The position numbers and the translations under genes were made by a program. A stretch of DNA of 64,000 nt, from the IMG/VR virus record IMGVR_UViG_3300035182_002586, positions 124,001 through 188,000 of that record; one strand, written 5' to 3'. The notes under the pieces are model-generated. The model saw only the letters and a list, made by a program, of their open reading frames with translations. It searched no databases and was not told the DNA's origin. Below, one piece after another: positions 1-9,555 of the stretch. Each line of letters opens with the position of its first letter. The stretch's first letter is position 1.

Positions 1-1
1 C

Positions 2-274
2 AGGGACTCCAAGAAGAAGGCCACGCAGGCCCTCTCCAAAGACCCCGAGCTGATGAAGAGCTGGATCGCCACAATGTCGGCGGTCCCCGCTACGACCTCA
101 GAGGAAGAAGACGCGAAGGAACTGGTCCGCAAGGCCCGCGAGGACCGTCGACTAGCCTTCGAGAAAGCCCTCGTCGAGCACCCGGAGGCGTACGTCCTCT
201 ACCACATGGCGAACTACCTCGTCGGTCTTAGCGAGGCCGTCCGCAAGGAGCGGAGCGAGAGGGCTCGCAAGTGA
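2..274 (+). CDS. hypothetical protein, 5' end probably outside the window
   Basis: Frame open from the window start; GC3-rich codon usage. Confidence 0.6.
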   Translation, partial: RDSKKKATQALSKDPELMKSWIATMSAVPATTSEEEDAKELVRKAREDRRLAFEKALVEHPEAYVLYHMANYLVGLSEAVRKERSERARK

Positions 275-275
275 C

Positions 276-902
276 TCAGTGGTAGTCGTAGCGAAGACCG
301 AGCTGATCCCACTCGTGCGTCAGCTCTTGCATCGTCATGTTCGCGGCCTTGGAGATGTTGTCCTTGAGCCAGCCGTAGAACAGGATGCCGTCCTTCTTGC
401 TCACGGGTGAGTAGAGGGTGTCCTGACGGTAGCCGTGGGCCGCCTTGCCGGGCGCCTCGATGACGGTGCTGTTGGTCACGTGGAAGTCGTGCGGGCTCGC
501 CTGGATGCGGACGATGGTGCCGTCCGGGAACTTCTTCTCCAGCTTGATGGTGGTCCCCGGCGGCTCGACGTCGATCCCACGGAGTTCCCGCTCGTGGGTC
601 TCCATCAGCTCCGGGTGGTCCGCCTTGATCTTCTCCAGGTGTGACTTCGCCTGGTCGTAGTTCATGTGCAGGATGGAGGTGACCGCCTGCTTGAGGATCC
701 GGTCCGCCATCTCGTCGTTGAGCGTGTGCGGCATCACCGTCAGCTCACGGACCTTCTTGCCCCGCTTGCCGGCATTCGTCATGTCGGTGATCCGAACGCT
801 CCCGTGGAAGCGGTGGATCTTGAGGTGCTCGGTGAAGGCGTGTTGCCCCACGTCCAGGCTGGCGGCAAGGAACTTGGCAGCGACTCGGCGGGCGAGGTCC
901 AT
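276..902 (-). CDS. hypothetical phage protein with N-terminal RVAxKF motif
   Basis: ORF from ATG 902 (MDLARRVAAKF); strong codon bias. Confidence 0.75.
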   Translation of the reverse strand: MDLARRVAAKFLAASLDVGQHAFTEHLKIHRFHGSVRITDMTNAGKRGKKVRELTVMPHTLNDEMADRILKQAVTSILHMNYDQAKSHLEKIKADHPELMETHERELRGIDVEPPGTTIKLEKKFPDGTIVRIQASPHDFHVTNSTVIEAPGKAAHGYRQDTLYSPVSKKDGILFYGWLKDNISKAANMTMQELTHEWDQLGLRYDYH

Positions 903-925
903 GCCCACACCCCGTGATAAGACCT

Positions 926-1222
926 CTATCGCCCTACGCTGACCAGGGCGTCGTCGATCTGGTCCGGGTCCAAGCGGAAAGGACCCGGACCCCCTGCCCC
1001 GGGAGCCCAACCGGCCAGGACCCCTCGCCGGACCAGGGCCTCCACCTCGGTCGTTCCGATGGCGTCACATCGACGTACATCCACCGTGGCCACGAGGCAG
1101 CGCCCCGGGAACGCCTCCACCTCGATCGTCACGTTGAGACAGGGGGCCGCCCTCTTGGTGACCAGGAAGCGGTAGGAGGTGGTGTCGACGGTCAACCGCC
1201 GGCTGTGGTTAGGCAGGGTCAT
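926..1222 (-). CDS. hypothetical protein
   Basis: ORF preceded by GGTGTA motif 11 nt upstream. Confidence 0.55.
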   Translation of the reverse strand: MTLPNHSRRLTVDTTSYRFLVTKRAAPCLNVTIEVEAFPGRCLVATVDVRRCDAIGTTEVEALVRRGVLAGWAPGAGGPGPFRLDPDQIDDALVSVGR

Positions 1223-1261
1223 GCCCTAGCTACTACACCTTTTATCGCCCCCGCAGGGGTG

Positions 1262-1600
1262 ATGGCCTACTCCTACGACCACCGGACCCGCACCGCTGCC
1301 TTCAACATCTCGAAGGTGGTCATGGACATCGACGTTGACCTCTACCCCGAGAAGCTCTCCTGGACCTCAAGTGGGAAGGTCCTCATGACGGGGGTGGCCG
1401 AGTTCGTTCTCCCCAACCGCAAGCACAAGAGCAAGCCCTACGAGCTGGAGACCTCCGAAGACGGTACGGTCCAGCAGTGCAAGTGCGAAGACCCTATGCA
1501 TCGACAGATGATCTGGATCGCCGCAGACAAGCGCAAGCGCGAGCTGGCCGAGCTGATCGAGGACCAGAAGCAGCGGGGCGGGCTCCGTCGCAAGCCCTGA
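1262..1600 (+). CDS. hypothetical protein
   Basis: ORF from ATG 1262 (MAYSYDHR); codon bias. Confidence 0.7.
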   Translation: MAYSYDHRTRTAAFNISKVVMDIDVDLYPEKLSWTSSGKVLMTGVAEFVLPNRKHKSKPYELETSEDGTVQQCKCEDPMHRQMIWIAADKRKRELAELIEDQKQRGGLRRKP

Positions 1601-2635
1601 TCAAACCCGGTTGATGTAGCGGCTGACGACTCTGTGGGCGATCGTGGCGTTTTTCGGGCGCGTGCTGGCCTTGCCGAGCGCCTCTATCGCCTGCTGGAAG
1701 TCGTCCGGTACCTTCCACGCGTTCTCGTTGGGGAACCCGTGACCAACCCCGTACTGGTCTAGCAGGGCCCGGACTGTCTTCACGGAACGGTCGATCTGTG
1801 CGACTGCCTCCGCTTCGACTTTGCCCTTGAAGGGGGTGTAGAAGTCTTTGAACGAGATCACCTGCTGGTGGGCGTCGCTGTACTGCTCCGCGATGTCGAA
1901 GGGGATGGCCATCCCCTCGTTCGTGTAGAGGAGCGTCATGAGCTTCGCCGACTCGGCGTACAGCTTGATGAACATCGCCGTGTAGTCGTGGGCGGCTACG
2001 TGGACCGCCTTGATCGACTCGATCGACGAGTGTGCCGAGGCCACCTCAATCGCCTTCTTGAGGCCGTTGACGCGCGCCCCGAGGCGGAGCGCCATGGACG
2101 AGAGCACCGTGCAGAACGCCTCCACCTTCTTTGCCACGGTCTTGTCTGAGGGCTTCTCACTCGTCTGTGTCACGTGTTCGGCAGTCTTGTGAAGCGTGTC
2201 CACGGAGTGCGCGAACGTGTGAGTGAGGAACTCGTGCGCGTCCAGCCTCCACGGGGGGGTGAACGTGCCCTCGACCTCTCCCATGGCCCGCTCGAAGATG
2301 CGGGTACACGCCGACATCTCCCTCTGGATGATGGCAATGTTCGCCCGCAGTTCTTCTGCCCGCTTCTTCTCCTCAGGGTCGCCGACCCTCTCGGTGCGGT
2401 CGTTCGTGCGCTTGCCCTCTAGGACTTCCTTCGCGACGTTGACCTCCACCATCTTCCGGTGGTCACCGCCACGGTCCGGGTGGTGTTCGATCGACTTCGC
2501 ACGCCACGCCTTGTTGATCTCGGTGTCGGTGGGGTTGTAGTGCGGCGGGAACCCCAAGATCTCCTTGGCGTCCTCGACGGTCAACGCAATCCGAAGCCGG
2601 TGGGCGAGAAGGGTGCGGCGGTGGAGGTCCATCAC
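1601..2635 (-). CDS. J-domain (DnaJ-like) protein
   Basis: AKEILG...EINKAWR...HHPDRGG...EVNVAKEVL, a J-domain with HPD. Confidence 0.8.
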   Translation of the reverse strand: MMDLHRRTLLAHRLRIALTVEDAKEILGFPPHYNPTDTEINKAWRAKSIEHHPDRGGDHRKMVEVNVAKEVLEGKRTNDRTERVGDPEEKKRAEELRANIAIIQREMSACTRIFERAMGEVEGTFTPPWRLDAHEFLTHTFAHSVDTLHKTAEHVTQTSEKPSDKTVAKKVEAFCTVLSSMALRLGARVNGLKKAIEVASAHSSIESIKAVHVAAHDYTAMFIKLYAESAKLMTLLYTNEGMAIPFDIAEQYSDAHQQVISFKDFYTPFKGKVEAEAVAQIDRSVKTVRALLDQYGVGHGFPNENAWKVPDDFQQAIEALGKASTRPKNATIAHRVVSRYINRV

Positions 2636-2649
2636 TACCCCGGTCGGAT

Positions 2650-2694
2650 AAGAGGAACTATTGCAGAGCCCGGAAGAGGAACTATTGCAGAGCC
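2650..2694. repeat. direct duplication of aagaggaactattgcagagcc (21 bp, 24-bp period)
   Basis: Copies at 2650-2670 and 2674-2694. Confidence 0.9.
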
Positions 2695-3002
2695 AGGCTA
2701 AGCCCCCGGCACAACCGCTTAGCCTCCCTCCCCGGACCCAAAGCGATGGCTGTCAGCTCGTCTTGCCGATCGGGTTCATAGAAGGCTGCCACCGGGAGGC
2801 CGTATTGCAGAGCGCGCTCCAGGAGGTCGTCCAGAGACGCCTCATTCTGGACGGTGAGCATCGCCAGCGTGTTCGAGGTCTCGTACCAAACCTTGTCCTT
2901 GTCCGGGTGGGTAGCCGACCATTCACGCAATGCATGGGCCGCCTGCACCGCCTGGTGTTGAGGGGGGAGATCGGCACGGGTGATGAGTCTGAGCTTGTCC
3001 AC
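2682..3002 (-). CDS. Pth2-like peptidyl-tRNA hydrolase family protein
   Basis: LITRADL...QAVQAAHA...FYEPD...LTAIALGP pattern; GTG start inferred. Confidence 0.7.
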   Translation of the reverse strand: MDKLRLITRADLPPQHQAVQAAHALREWSATHPDKDKVWYETSNTLAMLTVQNEASLDDLLERALQYGLPVAAFYEPDRQDELTAIALGPGREAKRLCRGLSLALQ

Positions 3003-3376
3003 GACTATCCTTCGTACACGCCGGTGACCGGCGGGCGGTGGGCTGCGAAACGGTTCAGAGCCTTGGGGAGGGTGGTGGCCCAAGCCGCGAGCTTGAAGTG
3101 CTTGCCGCTCGGGTCCACGCAGTTGATGCGGATCCCCGCGATCGGGAGAACCCTACGGACCCAGTTGAATGGGCGGCCCGCACGCCGGGTCGCCGCATCT
3201 CGACACGCCTTGCAGGTGACGCCTGTGTGGCACCCCCAGCATGTGTCGAACCAGAGGTCCAACCCATGGACAGGGCAGTAGTTCGTATGCTCTTCTCCGC
3301 ACACGTTGATCTCCGCACACGTTGATCTCCGGCACGTGGTCACACCCACACGTGCTGGGGTACTTGAGTTCGGGCA

Positions 3377-3979
3377 TCACTGGTCTCCGTAGACTTCCTC
3401 GACCTGCTCCCGGGCCCTGGCCGCAGAGCGCTCGAAGTGCATCTGGACGGCCCCAATGATGGCCTCGGGGATGCCCGCCGAACGCATCTGCTCTTCCCAC
3501 CCCGCACTCGGGATGTCCCCGCCAAACATGGGGTCGGCCTCGCCCACCCAGAACATCGCCGGGTCGCTGTAGACGTTGCCGTTGGGCGTCTCCAGGTAGG
3601 GCCAGACCTCCAACGGGCTATCTCGACAACAGCCGCAATTACGGCGAAGATCGAACCGATCGACGCGACCGTTCACCTCCTTCGTGTAGAAGGCGATCTT
3701 CTTCCAGCGGCCTTCCTGACGGAGAAGCCCAGGGAACTCCGCGAAGAGAGCGGCGAGCTTGTCAGCTTCCTCCAGCTTGGTCGCAGCTTCCTTGCGAAGA
3801 CTCTCGATCTGCCGAGGAACTGCGAAGCGAACGGCGTCCTCCTGGTCCTTGCGGATCTTCTCCCACCGAGCCTTCTCCTCGGCTTCCTTCGCCTCGCGCG
3901 CAGCCGTCTCCTCGGGGGTTTCCTTCGGGAGGTTGTCCGTCAGCGCCTTCGCGAGACGGCGTACGAGCTTCTTGCTCAT
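3377..3979 (-). CDS. hypothetical protein (CGCC motif)
   Basis: ORF from MSKKLVRR; codon bias. Confidence 0.7.
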   Translation of the reverse strand: MSKKLVRRLAKALTDNLPKETPEETAAREAKEAEEKARWEKIRKDQEDAVRFAVPRQIESLRKEAATKLEEADKLAALFAEFPGLLRQEGRWKKIAFYTKEVNGRVDRFDLRRNCGCCRDSPLEVWPYLETPNGNVYSDPAMFWVGEADPMFGGDIPSAGWEEQMRSAGIPEAIIGAVQMHFERSAARAREQVEEVYGDQ

Positions 3980-3990
3980 GGGCTTGTCGG

Positions 3991-5187
3991 TCACGATGCA
4001 CCTCCGAGCCACGTACGTGCGTACGCGAATGCCTTCTCCATACCCTCGGCCGAGTGCTCGAAGAACTGGTTCTCGACCTTGCCGTCCCGGCGAAGGCACA
4101 ACTTGATCGGACCGACCTTCACACCCCACTCGACCTCGATGCTGTCCTTGCTCTTCCGAGCAATCTCCCGACACCAGCGGGTCTCGCTGACCGTCTCGTC
4201 CGGGCACCACCCCTTGTAGGTGAACCCGATCGAGTCGTGGGAGGCCGGGGTGAAGGGGGCTTCCTTCTCCAGCTTGGTGGTCGTGAGGTAGAGAGGGTCG
4301 GTGGTCTTGAACTCCGCCTTCCACGCCTCGTACTTGCGGTTCGACTCCTCGCGGCGAATCCGGCGGGCCTTCTCCTCTTCGGAGACCCACTCCTCGACCA
4401 GAACGAGCTGGAGCCCCTCGCGCTTGAACGCCTTCGTGGCGTTCACCGTGGCAGGTTTCTCCGTCTCGTCCTCGTCGTCATCATCGTCATCGCTGTGGTC
4501 CATCGTGTCGAAGCACTTGATGGAGCCGTCGGTCCCGAACTCCGGCCAGCGATCGTCGTCGTCGATGTAGGTCTCGTCCCCGTCGTCCCCGATGACCTTG
4601 AGCATCGGCCACCCGGCCATGGGGTCGGAGAAGTCGTAGAACTGGAACTCGTACGGGCAGGCCCACACGCACCCGGCGACGACCAGGAGCTTCGAGGCCG
4701 CGTCGTACCGGTGCTGGACCCAACAGAAGCCGACCCCCTGCCCGGCCTCCGTCGGAAGGTGGTCCCTGCGCGCCCCTGTGTCCAGCTCGATGACCGTCTG
4801 CCCTTGATAGTCCTCACCACAGACGAGGAAGTCCCCCTTCGGGTGATTCTCGACCCACGAGAACGGGAACGAGCCGTAGTTGCGCTGGACCTCGGCCATC
4901 GGGGTGTCGGACCCGATGGCGTAGACGAGCCCCTGAGAGTAGCTCCACGACCCCGGCGACGTGGCGAACGGGGTCACCACGAGCTTGTACTTCCCCGAAG
5001 GGGAGACGTGCTCCTTGCGAGCCTCGACGTTCGCGTTCTCCGGGACGAAGTACGCCGCCTTCCGCATCTTACGGTACGCGCTCTGAACCTCTTTCGGGAG
5101 GGCCTTGAACGCTTCGCTCAGAGCCTCCTTGGTGAGAGACGCCGCCTTCTCCACGAGCGCGTGGGCCTGGTCGAGCATGGTGGACAT
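3991..5187 (-). CDS. hypothetical protein (beta-rich)
   Basis: Long ORF, ggagg RBS, coupled to the upstream gene. Confidence 0.75.
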   Translation of the reverse strand: MSTMLDQAHALVEKAASLTKEALSEAFKALPKEVQSAYRKMRKAAYFVPENANVEARKEHVSPSGKYKLVVTPFATSPGSWSYSQGLVYAIGSDTPMAEVQRNYGSFPFSWVENHPKGDFLVCGEDYQGQTVIELDTGARRDHLPTEAGQGVGFCWVQHRYDAASKLLVVAGCVWACPYEFQFYDFSDPMAGWPMLKVIGDDGDETYIDDDDRWPEFGTDGSIKCFDTMDHSDDDDDDEDETEKPATVNATKAFKREGLQLVLVEEWVSEEEKARRIRREESNRKYEAWKAEFKTTDPLYLTTTKLEKEAPFTPASHDSIGFTYKGWCPDETVSETRWCREIARKSKDSIEVEWGVKVGPIKLCLRRDGKVENQFFEHSAEGMEKAFAYARTWLGGAS

Positions 5188-5621
5188 CACGCCACCTCCG
5201 CCCGAACGAAGGGCTTCTTCTCGCGCACCGGGACCGGGATCGCCCCCTCCGGGTCCGCGAGCCACGCCTCGATCCGGCTGCCCTTCTTGACCCGCCAACT
5301 ATCGAGCATGTCCCCTGCGAACTCGGGGATGTGCTTCGCGAGCACCTGCGTCAGCGTCACAGCGCTCGGCATGTTGTGTTCGTAGAACCGGCCCGCCTCG
5401 GTACGCGAGTAGCCGAGTTCGTCCGTCGGGCACCAGGCATCCGACGCGAGCTGCTGGATCTTGTGCGTGCGCTCGATCCGGCGGAACTTGAAGCCCCGCA
5501 CGAACCCCCACGCGAGGTTCCGGTAGCGATCCGAAATGCTCTGGTCCGAGCGGATCGCCTGATGAATCGCCTTCACGGACGCCTTCTCGGCGTCGCTCAT
5601 CTCCCTGTAATTCTCGAACAT
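5187..5621 (-). CDS. hypothetical protein
   Basis: ORF with purine-rich RBS (gaggaggcagga). Confidence 0.7.
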   Translation of the reverse strand: MFENYREMSDAEKASVKAIHQAIRSDQSISDRYRNLAWGFVRGFKFRRIERTHKIQQLASDAWCPTDELGYSRTEAGRFYEHNMPSAVTLTQVLAKHIPEFAGDMLDSWRVKKGSRIEAWLADPEGAIPVPVREKKPFVRAEVA

Positions 5622-5771
5622 GGTCCTGCCTCCTCGTTGTCTCGACGGTTGCGTTGCGCGAACCGGAGAACGGGGCGGACCACGGGGGAGGTGCAGTTAG
5701 TGGTGCATGGCCACTCCATCCTGAGGCGTACCCGGAAAGTTGTCAACTGCTCTTGGTGTACGTCCACCCCC

Positions 5772-6152
5772 ATGCCGCTGCCGCAGCTCGAATTGAAGCC
5801 CGGGTTCGACACCGCCACACGCTCGGGAAAGGGTCACGACGATCCGCTCGCGTTGCTGGAGGAGTTACACGAAGGCGTTCGGGAGGTAGGGGTAGGTGCT
5901 GTCGTCTACGTCAAAGACGAACCGAGCCGGCAGCCGCCGACGATCGGATTCGAGCTGCATCGGATCAAAGGGGACTTGGATCAGTGGTGGGAATTCTTCA
6001 TTGAGGTACCCAAGTTCAAGGCCACCAAAGAGAAGCTCCCTGCCGGGCTGTGGGGAGCCTTCCTGACCACCGGGGGACGAGCCGCGATCGCACGTCTCAT
6101 GGCCGAAGGAACGCCTCCAGGAGAGCTGGAAGCGAAGCTGTCCTCGGTGTAG
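5772..6152 (+). CDS. hypothetical protein
   Basis: ORF from ATG 5772, preceded by GGTGTA. Confidence 0.65.
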   Translation: MPLPQLELKPGFDTATRSGKGHDDPLALLEELHEGVREVGVGAVVYVKDEPSRQPPTIGFELHRIKGDLDQWWEFFIEVPKFKATKEKLPAGLWGAFLTTGGRAAIARLMAEGTPPGELEAKLSSV

Positions 6153-6162
6153 GGGCCTCACC

Positions 6163-6540
6163 ATGACCGAGTTCGCCGCAGGGGACATCGTTCGAGTCGT
6201 ATCCCAACCGCTCAACCAGAGGTTCGTCCACCTCATCAACGAGGTCGGGGTCCTGTCCGAGGTCAAGGACGGCCACGACCTCCTGGAGACCTTCGGGTCA
6301 GGGATCAACTCGTGCGGAGGTAGTGGCTGGGTGACGCTCGCGTCCCTCGTGCACGAGCACGACCCCGTGTACGTCGCGAAGAAGCAGGCGAAGGACGCAG
6401 CGCGAGAGAAGTACCTCCAAGAGGGCCGCGCGTTCAACGATCGCATCAACGGCATCGAGAAGGGGTTAGCGGAGAAGCACGGCATCCCCGTCGATGCCGT
6501 GAAGGACATCTACAACACGCTCGCCAACGCGTACCCGTAG
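6163..6540 (+). CDS. hypothetical protein
   Basis: ORF preceded by GGTGTA. Confidence 0.7.
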   Translation: MTEFAAGDIVRVVSQPLNQRFVHLINEVGVLSEVKDGHDLLETFGSGINSCGGSGWVTLASLVHEHDPVYVAKKQAKDAAREKYLQEGRAFNDRINGIEKGLAEKHGIPVDAVKDIYNTLANAYP

Positions 6541-6559
6541 CTCGGTGTAGTCGGAGGGT

Positions 6560-7474
6560 ATGAAGCCCTTCGACTTCCCGCTAGCAGACCTGCACCGACA
6601 CCTGGACGGATCGCTCCGGCCGGAGACGATCCTGGAGCTGGCGGAAGCACAGGGCTACCCGCCGCCGAGCCTCGACAAGCTCCGGTTCCAGCCTCGTATG
6701 GGGCTGGAAGACGCGCTCAACCGCTTCGGTTACATCCTGTGTCTCCTCCAGCACCCGGGGGACGTGCGCCGTGTCGCGTCGGAAATCTGTGAGGACGCCG
6801 CCGCCGACGGAGTGACGACCCTGGAGATCCGGTTCGCTCCGCAGCTCCACGGTGGGGCGCCGATCGAAGAGATCGTAGAGGCGGTTGTCGAGGGGGTGGC
6901 CGGGCGCGCCGGGGTCATCCTCTGCGCCCTCCATGGGGACCCTCCGGAAGTCGCGAAGAAGCTCGTCGAGGTCGCCATCCCGAGGAAAGGCGTCGTAGGC
7001 ATCGACCTCGCAGGGTGCTCTACGCCTCATCATAGCTTCACGATGAAGGACTACGTGACCGCCTTCCGGCGCGCTGAGGAGCACGGGATCGGGCGAACGG
7101 TGCACGCGAGTGAGGGTGGGCCCGCAACCGAGGTCCGGGACGCCATCGAGCTGCTCCACGCCCAACGGATCGGCCACGGGACCATGATGTCCTACGACAT
7201 GAGCGTCGTGGAGCTGGCCCGTGAGCGTGGGGTCGTCTTCGAGGTCTGCCTCACGTCGAACGTCCACACGGGCGTCATCTCCGAGCTGGTCTACCACCCG
7301 GTCAACGCCTGGCTCGCGTGTGGGATCCGCGCCGTCATCTGCCCGGACAACACGTTCTTCTCGAACGTCTCCTCGTCGCAGGAGCACCTGAACGCGCTCT
7401 CCATCCCCGCCATCAGCGAGGACACCTTGCGTACGATGGTCACGTGGGGGCACGAAGCCGCGTTCCGACGTTAG
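6560..7474 (+). CDS. add: adenosine deaminase family protein
   Basis: DLHRHLDGS, EIRFAP, VHASEG, RIGHG, EVCLTSN and PDN motifs. Confidence 0.9.
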   Translation: MKPFDFPLADLHRHLDGSLRPETILELAEAQGYPPPSLDKLRFQPRMGLEDALNRFGYILCLLQHPGDVRRVASEICEDAAADGVTTLEIRFAPQLHGGAPIEEIVEAVVEGVAGRAGVILCALHGDPPEVAKKLVEVAIPRKGVVGIDLAGCSTPHHSFTMKDYVTAFRRAEEHGIGRTVHASEGGPATEVRDAIELLHAQRIGHGTMMSYDMSVVELARERGVVFEVCLTSNVHTGVISELVYHPVNAWLACGIRAVICPDNTFFSNVSSSQEHLNALSIPAISEDTLRTMVTWGHEAAFRR

Positions 7475-7845
7475 GGGCCCGAAGCAGCGTACTCGGTGAC
7501 CACGGCCTCGACATCACGCAGCTCGGCCTCTGCGGAGGGGCTCAGGAACCGGTCGTTGAGCCGCCCCGGGATCGTTACGACGAAGTGCTTGAACTCGGGG
7601 GCTAGGAACGCCACGAGCCCCGCCGTGTACGCGGTCGTCATCAACTGGTGGAAGTCGTGGCACGACTTCCCGGTCATCCCGTCGTAGACCTGGAAGAGCT
7701 TTGCGTAGACGTTGCCGTCCTTCGCGAGCCGCTCCACGGTGAGCGCGAACGATCGCACGTCCATTCGCCAATGCTTCTCCGGGTACAGCTTCGCAGCCGT
7801 TCCGACGAACAGCTCTGCTGCCCGGAAGACTTCGTTGTCCTTCAT
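7471..7845 (-). CDS. hypothetical protein
   Basis: ORF with ATGA overlap to the upstream gene. Confidence 0.65.
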   Translation of the reverse strand: MKDNEVFRAAELFVGTAAKLYPEKHWRMDVRSFALTVERLAKDGNVYAKLFQVYDGMTGKSCHDFHQLMTTAYTAGLVAFLAPEFKHFVVTIPGRLNDRFLSPSAEAELRDVEAVVTEYAASGP

Positions 7846-8114
7846 CCCCAGGTCAGCTCGGTGCGCCGGGCCTTCTTGAGGTCCTGGCAGATGGCCGAGA
7901 GTTCGTCGAGGTACTGGAGGTCGTCCGCAGCGAGAGTCCCCTTCGCCTTCTCGACCCCGGCGATGGCTTCCTTGAGCGGCATCTTACCCGCCGTTTCCTC
8001 ACACGGAGGAAGCCCCATGGCTTGGAGGATGCGCCCCGCCAGACCGTTGTTGAGGTCGAGCGAGCGCGGGTACTTCATCCCACGCTTTTTGATGCCCGTG
8101 AAGCTGACCGACAT
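7842..8114 (-). CDS. hypothetical protein
   Basis: ORF preceded by GGTGTA on the minus strand. Confidence 0.65.
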   Translation of the reverse strand: MSVSFTGIKKRGMKYPRSLDLNNGLAGRILQAMGLPPCEETAGKMPLKEAIAGVEKAKGTLAADDLQYLDELSAICQDLKKARRTELTWG

Positions 8115-8124
8115 ACGTTCTTCC

Positions 8125-8139
8125 TACACCGCCGGTGTA
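8125..8139. promoter_or_regulatory. back-to-back divergent GGTGTA promoter motifs (tacacc-gcc-ggtgta)
   Basis: Inverted pair 10 and 9 nt from the divergent start codons at 8114 and 8149. Confidence 0.65.
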
Positions 8140-8148
8140 CATGAAGAC

Positions 8149-8724
8149 ATGACGGAACCGACGGACACCCGCACGCTCGCCGAACGCCATGCCTCCTGTG
8201 AGGATGAAGAGCGGTACTGGGGCGAGCCGATGACTCGGGAGCAGATCATCGAGGGCGCACGTCTAAACGAGGCTGCTGGCGACGAAGTGACTTCGGAGCT
8301 GGTCACGTGGCTCCTCACGCATCGCAAGAGGCTCATGGCCATCGTCACGGCGGCCACGAAGTTCGTGTACGTCGGGGACTACTTCAAGAACGGAAGCCAC
8401 AACAACTCCACGGCCCCCTTCGTCGGCGCCGAGCGGGAACTCACGCAGGCCGTCGGTCCGGCTCGTCTGGTGGGGCCGTGGGATCCGAAGGCAACCAGCG
8501 GGCTCACGTTCGACGTCAAACTCGCGCTGGAGAACTACGAGCTGCGCAAGACTCAGAACAAGGGAAAGCAGGTCGACAACTCTCGGCTCCCGGCAGGGTC
8601 CCCCATGCACTACTACTGCCGGTTCTGCGGGGAGCCGACCGAGACGCTGCCCGAGGGGCACATCGTCAAGCCGTCCACGTGCTGTGACCCCTGCCAGCTC
8701 CTCCACAACCACGGGGTCATCTAG
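8149..8724 (+). CDS. hypothetical protein with C-terminal zinc ribbon
   Basis: CRFC...CDPC; ATG 8149. Confidence 0.7.
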   Translation: MTEPTDTRTLAERHASCEDEERYWGEPMTREQIIEGARLNEAAGDEVTSELVTWLLTHRKRLMAIVTAATKFVYVGDYFKNGSHNNSTAPFVGAERELTQAVGPARLVGPWDPKATSGLTFDVKLALENYELRKTQNKGKQVDNSRLPAGSPMHYYCRFCGEPTETLPEGHIVKPSTCCDPCQLLHNHGVI

Positions 8725-8972
8725 CCCCGGATCAGGCGGTCCTTCGCCTCCCTCGTCAGCCGCTTGATCTCCAGCTCTCTACGGAGAGCCACTCCTTTCA
8801 GCATCGGCCCCTCCTGGTACGCAACGGTCCAAGGACGACCGGGCCGGGTGGCCTTCGCTCCCTTGCCGGCGTTGTGCGCCGCGAGTCGCCGTGCCATGTC
8901 GTTGGTGATCCCGGTGTAAAGCCTGGAACCGTCAACGTTTCGCAGGATGTAGACGAACCACGAGAGGCCCAT
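8721..8972 (-). CDS. GIY-YIG nuclease family protein
   Basis: WFVYIL...LYTGITND..RRL..HNAGKGAKAT...ALRRE..IK. Confidence 0.85.
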   Translation of the reverse strand: MGLSWFVYILRNVDGSRLYTGITNDMARRLAAHNAGKGAKATRPGRPWTVAYQEGPMLKGVALRRELEIKRLTREAKDRLIRG

Positions 8973-9552
8973 GTCCGACGTTGTAGAACGTCTTGCTGAT
9001 CTTGTCGCCCGCGCCGAAGACGAGCCGGAGTGGTGTCGCAACATCTTCTCCCTCACGGTCGGTCGCTCGAAGTGGACAGTCGCAACCGACCGCAAGTGGC
9101 TCGTGGCAGAACGGGGGAACTCGGTCGTCCCCGAGATCACGGACAAGGGCGGCTCGGAGTGGGCAAGGCAGCTCCTCCAGTTGAAGCCTCGGGGGGCACG
9201 TCCGACCTCCCTCTCGTCCCTCCGAGCGTGGGCTGGAGAGGCCCCCTCCCTGGATGACCCCTACCACATCGACGGCCAGCGCCCTGGTGGAGTCGCCTCC
9301 GTCATGCTCGACCGGCGACGACTCGCCAGGCTCCTCACGGCCGCCCCGGAAGACGGGGATGTCCTTCTGTGGGACGCCCGAAGCCAGACCGGAGGCGTCC
9401 CCGTCCTCTGCCTCCTCACGGTGGGCAACGAGTGGCGGGGGTGCCTGGCAGGCATCGACTGCGAAGTCGACGAGGGGGACGAACTCTACGGCTTCCCCGA
9501 GGAGATGAGCGGCATCGAGATGATCGAAGAGCTGGCCGCGCAGGACCCGTAG
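8971..9552 (+). CDS. hypothetical protein
   Basis: 193-aa ORF; codon bias. Confidence 0.65.
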   Translation: MSDVVERLADLVARAEDEPEWCRNIFSLTVGRSKWTVATDRKWLVAERGNSVVPEITDKGGSEWARQLLQLKPRGARPTSLSSLRAWAGEAPSLDDPYHIDGQRPGGVASVMLDRRRLARLLTAAPEDGDVLLWDARSQTGGVPVLCLLTVGNEWRGCLAGIDCEVDEGDELYGFPEEMSGIEMIEELAAQDP

Positions 9553-9555
9553 CCC

